Below are positions 54,709 to 64,000 of a stretch of 64,000 nucleotides of DNA, one piece after another. This DNA is from an uncultured delta proteobacterium (GTDB lineage: Bacteria; Desulfobacterota; Binatia; UTPRO1), in assembly GCA_963753325.1 (NCBI GenBank), contig CAVWBS010000001.1, forward strand, positions 2,667,945 to 2,731,944, given 5' to 3'. The notes under the pieces were generated by a model. That model saw only the letters and a list, made by a program, of their open reading frames with translations. It was not told where the DNA came from and did no database searches. Position 1 is the stretch's first letter; each line of letters begins with the position of its first letter. Made by a program: the position numbers and the translations under genes.

Positions 54709-55704
54709 ATGACCCGTTTCGCCATTCTGCTCGGGACGCTCGCGGTCCTGGCCGCCTGCGGCAGCAGCCCCAAGCCGAAGCTGAGCGCCGACGCGTACTA
54801 CAACGAGGCGTCGGACGCCTTCGCGCAACGCGACTACGACATCGCGGCGAAGCACTACAAAGAGCTGCTCGACCAGTACCCGTTCGATCCGCACGCCGAG
54901 GAAGCCGAGCTCCGCATCGCGACGGCGCACTACAAGAGCCACCACTACCCGGAAGCGATCGCGGCGTTCAACGACTTCCAGCGCATGCACCCCATGAGCC
55001 CGCATCTGCCGGAGGTCTACTACCTGCTCGGCAAGAGCTACATGGACCAGATGACGACCAGCGATCGCGATCAGGGCGCGGCGGAGAACGCGCACGGCTG
55101 GTTCCGCGTCGTCATCGAGCGCTATCCGACCAGCCCGTTTGCGGTGAAGGCGAAGCACCGCCTGACCCGTTGTCGATTCGCGCTCGCGGATCACGAACTC
55201 CGCATCGCGACCTACTACCTGAAGCGCGGCAACCTGAAGGCCGGCGAGAATCGCGTCAAAGGCCTGCTCGAGAACTACCCGGACACGCCGGCTGCGACGC
55301 GCGGCCTCGAGGCCCTGGCCGACGCCTATGCCGGCGCCGGCGATCACGAGCACGAGACCCTGGCCCGTGCGGCCCTGGCGGAGCGGCCGAGCGCGGACGC
55401 GACGGAGAGCAAGGCGGCCGCCGAGGACGGCGGCGGCAAGAAACACGAAAAGAAGAAGGACGCCCGGCTCGACGACCCGCCGGCAACGCGGGTCAGCCTG
55501 CCGGCGCCGTCGGTCGGGGGACCGGCATCGGCGCAGATGCTCGCCGATCTGACCGCGCGCTACGGTCCCAGCCAAGGCGTGAGCACCGCCGCGACCGCAC
55601 CCTCGCTGATCGATCCCGTCAAGTCGAAGAGCAGCTTGTTGAGCGATCGTGCCGCGGGCGGCGGTGCGGGCGCCGGCGCGCCGGGGCCGCTCGGCGGATA
55701 CTGA
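54709..55704 (+). CDS. bamD: Outer-membrane protein assembly factor BamD (lipoprotein) with a long low-complexity C-terminal tail
   Basis: Intact 331-aa ORF. Lipobox LAACG. ..AYYNEASDAFAQRDYDIAAKHYKELLDQYPFDPHAEEAELRIATAHYKS..YLLGKSY..RYPTSPFAVKA..YYLKRGN. Confidence 0.8.
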   Translation: MTRFAILLGTLAVLAACGSSPKPKLSADAYYNEASDAFAQRDYDIAAKHYKELLDQYPFDPHAEEAELRIATAHYKSHHYPEAIAAFNDFQRMHPMSPHLPEVYYLLGKSYMDQMTTSDRDQGAAENAHGWFRVVIERYPTSPFAVKAKHRLTRCRFALADHELRIATYYLKRGNLKAGENRVKGLLENYPDTPAATRGLEALADAYAGAGDHEHETLARAALAERPSADATESKAAAEDGGGKKHEKKKDARLDDPPATRVSLPAPSVGGPASAQMLADLTARYGPSQGVSTAATAPSLIDPVKSKSSLLSDRAAGGGAGAGAPGPLGGY

Positions 55705-55705
55705 C

Positions 55706-56404
55706 GTGCGTGACGGTGCCGGCGTCGCGATCGTCGGCGTCGGCGCGCTCGGCTGCGCCGCGGCGGAGGCGCTGGCGCGCGCCCGTATCGGTCGCTTGAT
55801 CCTGCTCGACGGCGACGTCGTCGAGCGCTCGAATCTGCACCGGCAATTGCTACATCGCGACGCCGACTGCGGCCGCCCGAAGGTCGATTCCGCCGCCGAT
55901 CGGTTGCGGGCGCTCGCCCCCGGAACGCCGATCGAGGGCCGCGGCGTGCGCGTCACCGCGGCGAACGCCGAGACCCTCCTCGCCGACGCGACGTGCATCG
56001 TGGACGCGACCGACGGCTTCGAGAGCAAGTTCCTGCTGAACGACACGGCGGTCGCCCTCGGGACGCCGCTCGTCCACGCCGGGATCGTGCGCTTCCTCGG
56101 CCAGCTCATGACCATCCTGCCCGGCCGGACCGCCTGCTACCGCTGCCTCTTCGGCGTGCCGCCCGAGCCCGGCGACGTGCCGTCGTGCCAGGAGGCCGGG
56201 GTGCTCGGCTCGCTCGCCGGCACGATCGGCCTCTTGCAAGCGGCCGAGGTCCTTCGCTACCTCACCGGGAGCGGCCCGCTCCTGACCGATCGGTTGCTCA
56301 CGTACGACGCGCTCGCGAATCGCTTCCGACACGTCCGCCTGCGGCGCAACCCATCGTGCGCCACGTGCGGACCGACGCTCGCGAGAGCCGGCCGCAACAG
56401 CTAG
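55706..56404 (+). CDS. ThiF/MoeB/HesA-type E1-like adenylyltransferase (nucleotide-binding competent, lacks the usual N-terminal RYSRQ segment, no rhodanese domain)
   Basis: The GTG at 55706 lies 1 nt after the bamD stop. VAIVGVGALGCAAAEALARARIGRLILLDGDVVERSNLHRQ..GRPKVDSAA..DATDGFESKFLLND..CYRC..SCATCG. Confidence 0.8.
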   Translation: MRDGAGVAIVGVGALGCAAAEALARARIGRLILLDGDVVERSNLHRQLLHRDADCGRPKVDSAADRLRALAPGTPIEGRGVRVTAANAETLLADATCIVDATDGFESKFLLNDTAVALGTPLVHAGIVRFLGQLMTILPGRTACYRCLFGVPPEPGDVPSCQEAGVLGSLAGTIGLLQAAEVLRYLTGSGPLLTDRLLTYDALANRFRHVRLRRNPSCATCGPTLARAGRNS

Positions 56405-56430
56405 AAGACCCGAAGAGAGGAGACCCACGC

Positions 56431-56712
56431 ATGGCCATCCAGGTTCGCATCCCCACCCCGCTCCGCAAGCTCACCGGCGGCGCCGAGTCCGTCAGCGGCA
56501 GCGGCGCGACCGTCGCCGCCCTGGTCCAGGATCTCGAGACGCGGCATCCGGGCCTGAAGGAGCGCATCTGCGACGACTCCGGCAAGGTGCGCCGCTTCGT
56601 CAACGTCTACGTGAACGGCGACGACATCCGCTTCCTCGACAATCTCGAGACGCCGGTGAAGGACGGCGACGAGCTCTCGATCGTTCCCGCGATCGCCGGC
56701 GGGACGCGCTGA
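56431..56712 (+). CDS. cysO: CysO-like MoaD/ThiS-family sulfur-carrier protein ending ..AIAGG-TR
   Basis: 93-codon ORF after the SD AGAGAGGAG: MAIQVRIPTPLRKLTGGAESVSGSGATVAALVQDLETRHPGLKERICDDSGKVRRFVNVYVNGDDIRFLDNLETPVKDGDELSIVPAIAGGTR. It closely resembles the M. tuberculosis CysO sequence as I remember it. Confidence 0.75.
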   Translation: MAIQVRIPTPLRKLTGGAESVSGSGATVAALVQDLETRHPGLKERICDDSGKVRRFVNVYVNGDDIRFLDNLETPVKDGDELSIVPAIAGGTR

Positions 56713-56741
56713 GCGCGGCATCGCCGTCTTCCGCCCGCCCG

Positions 56742-57656
<915 letters not shown>

Positions 57657-57668
57657 CGCGAGAGCGTC

Positions 57669-58256
57669 GTGCGGCTCGATGACGCGCAGATCGAGCGGTA
57701 CAGCCGACAGCTGATCCTCGCCGAGATCGGGCCGAAGGGTCAGGCCACGCTCGGCGCCGCGCACGTGGCGATCGGCGCCGAGGGTCCGGCGGCGGAGCGC
57801 GTCGCCGCCTACCTCGCCGCGGCCGGCGTCGGCCACCTGACGCTGCCGGCGGCGCTGCACCCGCTGATCGATCCGGCGCAACCCGACGTGAGCCTGGCGA
57901 CGTGGCCGCCCGCTCCCGACGCGGCGGTCGACGCGGCCCTGGTCGCCCCGGGTGAGCCGCTGGCGGCGACCCATACGTTCTGGATCGACGGCGGCCGCGC
58001 CAGCGAGAGCCCCCCCTGCCCCGCGTGCGCCGTGGCGGCGCTCGGCGTCGCGGCCCCCGTCGACCCGCTGCTCGGACCGGTCCGCGACGCCGTCCTCGGC
58101 ACCGTCGTCGCGACCGAGATCGTGAAGGCCCTCCTCGGGGTCGGCACCGGCATGCGCGGTCGGGTGCTGGCGTACGACCCGGCGTCCGCCACCTTCACCA
58201 GCACGGCGGTCGGGGCGCGCCCCTCGTGCGTCTGCGCGCATCGGTCTCCCCCATGA
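57669..58256 (+). CDS. Degenerate ThiF/MoeB-like protein (keeps the N-terminal RYSRQ segment and Cys motifs, lacks the GxGxxG nucleotide loop)
   Basis: 195-codon ORF: QIERYSRQLILAEIGPKGQATL.. The usual GxGGLG loop is replaced by VAIGAEGPAAERVAAYLAAAGVGHLTL, and there is no D.D.V..SNL.RQ motif. It keeps PPCPAC and PSCVC. Confidence 0.6.
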   Translation: MRLDDAQIERYSRQLILAEIGPKGQATLGAAHVAIGAEGPAAERVAAYLAAAGVGHLTLPAALHPLIDPAQPDVSLATWPPAPDAAVDAALVAPGEPLAATHTFWIDGGRASESPPCPACAVAALGVAAPVDPLLGPVRDAVLGTVVATEIVKALLGVGTGMRGRVLAYDPASATFTSTAVGARPSCVCAHRSPP

Positions 58257-58343
58257 GCGCCCGAGCCTGGCGCAATCCGGCCAGATCTGATTAGGTACCC
58301 GTTCCGCCCGATCCCACGCAGCGCTCCAAGGAGGTCCGGTTCC

Positions 58344-59597
58344 ATGACGTTAGGCTGCTTCCCGAGGCTCACGTGCCCCACTCGCCGGGCACATCGTATC
58401 CGGCTCGGCTGCGCCGCGCGCCGGCCGCGGAGTCCGCTCGTGAGCGGCGCGACGATCCTGCCGCACGGCGGGACCCTGGTGAACCGCTGGGCGACGGACA
58501 AGGAGCGCGCCGGCTGGATGGCGGAGATCAAGACGCTGAAGCGCATCCAGCTGACGCGGCGCCAGATCTCGGACCTCGAGATGATCGGCGTCGGCGCGTT
58601 CAGCCCGCTCGAGGGCTTCATGGGCGAGGCGGACTACCGCGCCACGCGCGAGCGCATGCGCCTCGCGAACGGGCTGCCGTGGACGATCCCCGTCACGCTC
58701 GCCGTCACCAAGGACGAGGAGCGCGATCTCCACGCCGGTGACGACATCGTCCTGCTGGAGGACGAGCGGCCGCTCGGCATCCTGCACCTCGCCGAGAAAT
58801 TCACGTACGACAAGGAGCGCGAGGCGGCCGAGGTCTACGGCACCACCGAGGCGGCCCACCCGGGCGTCAAGGTCGTCTACGACCAGGGCGACGTGTACCT
58901 CGGCGGCAAGATCACGCTTCTCGATCGGCCGAAGGAAATCCCGTTCGCCGATCACCGCCTCGATCCCCTCGAGACGCGGGCGCTCTTCATCGAGCGCGGC
59001 TGGAAGCGCATCGTCGCCTTCCAGACGCGCAACCCCGTCCATCGCGCACACGAGTACATCCAGAAGTGCGCGCTCGAGATCGTCGACGGCCTGCTCCTCC
59101 ACCCGTTGGTCGGCGAGACGAAGGGCGACGACATTCCGGCCGACGTGCGCATGGAGTGCTATCGGGTCCTGCTCGACAAGTACTACCCGAAGGACCGCAC
59201 CGTCCTCTCGGTCCTGCCGGCCAACATGCGCTACGCCGGGCCGCGCGAGGCGATCTTCCACGCCATCATCCGCAAGAACTACGGCTGCACGCACTTCATC
59301 GTCGGCCGTGATCACGCCGGCGTGGGCTCGTACTACGGCACCTACGATGCGCACTACATCTTCGACAACTTCACCGCCGACGAGATGGCGATCACCCCGC
59401 TCTTCTTCGATCACACCTTCTACTGCAAGGTGTGCGACAGCATGGCCTCGGCGAAGACGTGTCCGCATCCCTCCAGCGAGCACGTCACGCTCTCCGGTAC
59501 CAAGGTGCGGGAGAAGCTCGCCGCGGGCGAGCGTCCGCCGAAGGAGTTCAGCCGGCCCGAGGTCGCCGACGTGTTGATCGGATCGATGCGGAAGTAG
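58344..59597 (+). CDS. sat: Sulfate adenylyltransferase (ATP sulfurylase)
   Basis: Intact ORF: ..[70 protein letters not shown]. The ATG at 58344 lies 9 nt after AAGGAGG and adds a 32-aa Arg/Cys-rich extension. The GTG at 58440 is an alternative start. Confidence 0.9.
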   Translation: MTLGCFPRLTCPTRRAHRIRLGCAARRPRSPLVSGATILPHGGTLVNRWATDKERAGWMAEIKTLKRIQLTRRQISDLEMIGVGAFSPLEGFMGEADYRATRERMRLANGLPWTIPVTLAVTKDEERDLHAGDDIVLLEDERPLGILHLAEKFTYDKEREAAEVYGTTEAAHPGVKVVYDQGDVYLGGKITLLDRPKEIPFADHRLDPLETRALFIERGWKRIVAFQTRNPVHRAHEYIQKCALEIVDGLLLHPLVGETKGDDIPADVRMECYRVLLDKYYPKDRTVLSVLPANMRYAGPREAIFHAIIRKNYGCTHFIVGRDHAGVGSYYGTYDAHYIFDNFTADEMAITPLFFDHTFYCKVCDSMASAKTCPHPSSEHVTLSGTKVREKLAAGERPPKEFSRPEVADVLIGSMRK

Positions 59598-59801
59598 GCG
59601 GCGGCTGGCGACACGGGACGGATCGCCACCCGGCTCTCGCGTCCGTTGCCGCCCGAACACCAGCCCGCCGGGCACCAAGCCGTGCAGGGCGAGGTGCATT
59701 CACGTCGGGTCTTGATTGTTCGCAGGGCACGTGCTGAGACGCTCGCGCGAATCCGGATGGTTTCGCACGCCCACAGGAACGACAATCGATGGAGGTGACG
59801 T

Positions 59802-61549
<1,748 letters not shown>

Positions 61550-61561
61550 TCCGGAGCCGTG

Positions 61562-61595
61562 GCGCGGGCTCATCGTCACCACGATGAGCCCGCGC
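61562..61595 (+). terminator. Perfect 15-bp inverted repeat hairpin 12 nt after the glnK stop (terminator or protein-binding palindrome; no T tract)
   Basis: GCGCGGGCTCATCGT-cacc-ACGATGAGCCCGCGC, read directly. This is the strongest hairpin I found in the window. Confidence 0.5.
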
Positions 61596-61671
61596 GCACG
61601 TTGCGATGCGCTTTCGAGACGGTCGCGCGCCGGCCTACCGTGATCGGCGGATCGCCTGCTATCCGAGGGGT

Positions 61672-63108
61672 GTGGATTCGCGCCTGCGCCGCTGGGTCGT
61701 CGCCATCGTCGTGCCCGTGTCCTTGTGGTCGATCCTGACCCGGGCGCATGGGGACGTCGCGACCGTCGGCACGAGCACCGCGCGCACGACGGTGTGGGTG
61801 ATCACCCTCTGTCTCGTGATTGCCGGAGTGTTCACGGCCGCATTATGGGCCCGCTGGCGCGTCGAGCCCTCCTACGGGTGGTTTGCGGCGGCGATGTTTG
61901 CCTGGGCCGTCGTGAATCTGAACGTGCTGGTGGTGGACATCCCGATCGGAGGCATCTTCTGGTACGGTCTGCGGTACGGCGCTCTCGGCTGCTGGGCCTT
62001 GCTCGTCGCGTTGTTCCTCTCGTCCTTCCTCGGCGACCGGCCGCCATTCATCGCGGGCGGGAGCCTCGTGCTCGGTGTCGCAGGGCCGGCCGCGGTCGCG
62101 TTGCTTGTGGCGCTGGATTCGCGTCGAGCGCAGCTCGTGGCGTGCGCGTGGATCACGTGCACACTCCTCGTCCTCGCATACGCAACGCGCGGTATCGCGC
62201 GGGTGGTCCGCGGTCCCGCGGTCGATGTCGGGGTCGTGCTGCCGAACGTCCTGGGCGTGAGCGTGCTCGGCTGCGCGGTGCACGATTGGGCCATCGTCGT
62301 CGGCCTGGACGCGACCGACCATTTCTATCTGCCCTACGCGGCGCCGCCGGTCCTGGTCGGCATGGGCTGGGCGTTGTTGCGACGATTCGTCGGTGCGCTG
62401 CGCCACTCCGAGGCGCTCGTCGCCGACCTCGTGCGTCGCGTGGAGTTGAAGCGCCGGGAGCTGGCGCGCAGCCACGCGCGCCTCCGAGAGGTCGAGCGCA
62501 TCCGCATCCTTGCCGGCGAGCGCGAACGTCTCATGCGGGAGATGCACGATGGTCTCGGCACGCATCTGGTGTCGACGCTTTCGTTGCTCGACGGACACCC
62601 GACGCCTCGCGAGGCGGTCGCCGCGGCGATTCGTGCCGCGCTCGACGACCTCCGGCTGATGATCGACTCGCTCGAGCCGCTCGAAGGCGATCTCCTGGGC
62701 GCGCTGGCAATGTTGCGGACGCGCATGCAGCCGCGCCTCGAGGCGGCCGGCATCGGCGTCGAGTGGCGGGTCTCCGACCTGCCGCTCCTCGCCGATCTCG
62801 GTCCCCACAAGGTGCTGCAGGTCCTCCGCATCCTGCAGGAGGCGGTGACGAACGTTCTCAAGCACGCCGGCGCGCGCTCGATCATCGTTCGCACCGGCGC
62901 GGACGACCTCGACGCCGCCCGTCGCTCGATCCGCGTCGAAATCATCGATGACGGTCGCGGCTTCGACCCCCCCGGATCCGTCGGCCGGGGCCTCCACCAC
63001 ATGCGCGGCCGTGCCATGGACATCGGCGCGACGGTCGAGATCCACGCTTCGCCGTCGGGCACGACCGTCACCTTGCGGATCCCGGCCGAGATACGGGGAG
63101 CGGCGTGA
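61672..63108 (+). CDS. Membrane sensor histidine kinase (multi-TM sensor, HisKA_3 / NarL-type, HATPase_c)
   Basis: ORF 61606..63108; GTG at 61672 is a plausible start. About 7 TM segments, the H-box ERERLMREMHDGLGTHL, and ..LQEAVTNVLKHAGA..DDGRGF..GRGLHHMRGRA. Confidence 0.8.
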   Translation: MDSRLRRWVVAIVVPVSLWSILTRAHGDVATVGTSTARTTVWVITLCLVIAGVFTAALWARWRVEPSYGWFAAAMFAWAVVNLNVLVVDIPIGGIFWYGLRYGALGCWALLVALFLSSFLGDRPPFIAGGSLVLGVAGPAAVALLVALDSRRAQLVACAWITCTLLVLAYATRGIARVVRGPAVDVGVVLPNVLGVSVLGCAVHDWAIVVGLDATDHFYLPYAAPPVLVGMGWALLRRFVGALRHSEALVADLVRRVELKRRELARSHARLREVERIRILAGERERLMREMHDGLGTHLVSTLSLLDGHPTPREAVAAAIRAALDDLRLMIDSLEPLEGDLLGALAMLRTRMQPRLEAAGIGVEWRVSDLPLLADLGPHKVLQVLRILQEAVTNVLKHAGARSIIVRTGADDLDAARRSIRVEIIDDGRGFDPPGSVGRGLHHMRGRAMDIGATVEIHASPSGTTVTLRIPAEIRGAA

Positions 63109-64000
63109 GAATCGTCCCCCTCTCGAGCGTGCGCTGGCTGGTGCTGCTCGGCGCGACCGCGGCGAGCTGGCTGCCGCTGGTATGGCTCGAAGCGCTGCTC
63201 TCGGTGCAGCCTCCCGGGCGCCTCGACCGCGCGGAGTTCACCGCGGTCACGGGCGAGTCGATTCCGCCGGATGCCAGCGGGTGGCATGCCGTGACATTGC
63301 CCGACGACTGGCGCGCGCGTCGGCCGGGTGTGCGCGAAGGCTGGTATCGCCTTCGCTTCCGCGCGCCCGCGGCCGGCGAGTCGCGTTGGGCGGTCTATCT
63401 GCCCACGGTCACCATGAACGCGGTGGCCTATCTGAACGGCGAGCGCATCGGCGACGGTGGTCGCTTCGACGGTCCCATGGGGCGCAACGCGAATCGCCCG
63501 CTGCTCTTTGCCATGCCCGCGGGCGCGCAGCAGCCGGGCGAGAACATTCTGCATCTCCGTGTCGAGGCGGATCTGCTCGATGCGGGGCTGCTGCCGGCCG
63601 TCTATGCGGCGCCTCTCGAGGATCTCGCACCGGTCTACCATCGCGCCGCCTTCATCCGGCAGACGCTGCTGTGGGCGCTGATCGTCTTTCGCCTCGTGGT
63701 CGCCGCGTTCACGGCGGCGATCTGGGCGATGTGGCGCAGGGAGGCTTACTACGGCTGGTTCTCGCTCTGCGCCGTCGCTTGGGTCGTCGCCGAGCTCAAC
63801 CTGACGGCGATTCCGAACCCGGTTTCCACCGCGGCCTGGTACTGGCTCTTCAACGTCGCGATCGGCTGGTGGGGCATCTTCGGCGCACGTCTCGTGCTGA
63901 GCTTCGTCGGCGTCTCCCGTCCACGGGCGGAAGGCATGCTCATGGCGTTCGGCATCGCGGGTTCGCTGGTGCTCGGGATACTGGCGGCTGCCGGATCGCC
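63105..64000 (+). CDS. 7TMR-DISM-type membrane sensor protein (extracellular DISMED2-like domain plus TM bundle), 3' end beyond the window
   Basis: Not in the ORF track because there is no stop in the window. My translation from GTG 63105 (GTGA overlap with the kinase stop) is open to 64000: VRIVPLSSVRWLVLLGATAASW..GWHAVTLPDDWRARRPGVREGWYRLRF..VYLPTVTMNAVAYLNGERIG.., followed by TM segments LLWALIVFRLVVAAFTAAIW and YGWFSLCAVAWVVAEL. Confidence 0.6.
   Translation, partial: MRIVPLSSVRWLVLLGATAASWLPLVWLEALLSVQPPGRLDRAEFTAVTGESIPPDASGWHAVTLPDDWRARRPGVREGWYRLRFRAPAAGESRWAVYLPTVTMNAVAYLNGERIGDGGRFDGPMGRNANRPLLFAMPAGAQQPGENILHLRVEADLLDAGLLPAVYAAPLEDLAPVYHRAAFIRQTLLWALIVFRLVVAAFTAAIWAMWRREAYYGWFSLCAVAWVVAELNLTAIPNPVSTAAWYWLFNVAIGWWGIFGARLVLSFVGVSRPRAEGMLMAFGIAGSLVLGILAAAGS

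Noticed and set aside
59670-59688. A candidate NtrC-type or sigma54-type site upstream of amtB: GGGCACCAAGCCGTGCAGG.
   Set aside because: As a sigma54 promoter, the GG-to-GC spacing is off by one. As an NtrC palindrome (TGCACC-N5-GGTGCA), each half matches only 5/6 and the spacer is 4 nt. This is not strong enough to call.

Overview
This is a 64-kb, very GC-rich segment (about 70% by eye, not computed) of tightly packed chromosomal core genome from a diderm bacterium. The diderm call rests on lpxC, bamD, a lapB-like gene and rlpA. One myxobacterial-type Cys-rich repeat hints at a Myxococcota/deltaproteobacteria-like lineage, but taxonomy is not established.

I recognised no rRNA, tRNA, CRISPR array, transposase or integrase. 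About 65 genes are present, and 15 gene junctions are 4-nt ATGA/GTGA/TTGA stop-start overlaps.

Gene order, left to right:
- split acyl-CoA mutase (with a small DUF2007-like gene upstream), glpX, hom, aminotransferase, small OMP, recG, DsbA-like
- a pyr operon (pyrR, pyrB-fusion, pyrC, carA, carB)
- hslR, an unknown polytopic membrane protein, lpxC
- a receiver-only response regulator and an NtrY-like kinase, DUF2905, ruvB/A/C, yebC
- rlpA, a lipoprotein HExxH protease, SDR, cutA
- App1/HAD-like phosphatase, plsX, glutaredoxin-like, DUF2064
- rplU-rpmA-obg-proB-proA-nadD-rsfS-lapB-like
- two ArsA/Get3-like ATPases, TauE, a secreted beta-helix protein, crotonase, YfcE-like phosphoesterase, fabF, macro domain
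- an ECF transporter operon that ends in a PLC/P1-nuclease-like protein
- CPBP protease, bamD, a CysO-type sulfur-carrier/cysteine cluster with sat, amtB-glnK
- two membrane sensor proteins, the last cut by the window edge

Main caveat: between position 1 and about 42.7 kb, dozens of apparent single-base indels break essential genes (rplU, obg, recG, ruvABC, lpxC, proAB, nadD and others). The region from 42.7 to 64 kb is clean. I treat the breaks as sequence errors and annotate the reconstructed genes, so their exact ends are inferred.

Most interesting observations:
1. A single 637-codon pyrB ORF joins an ATCase catalytic chain, a PyrI-type zinc domain, a Cys-less Ada-like module and a second, divergent PyrR/PRTase domain. 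It sits next to a canonical pyrR and behind an attenuator-like leader hairpin.
2. A CysO/CysM cluster has two ThiF/MoeB-type E1 genes with complementary defects, which suggests a heterodimeric E1. The carrier ends GG-TR, and there is no JAMM protease or rhodanese domain nearby.
3. An ECF importer is translationally coupled to a secreted PLC/P1-nuclease-superfamily protein.
4. An NtrX-type receiver domain has no output domain and runs without a stop into lpxC.
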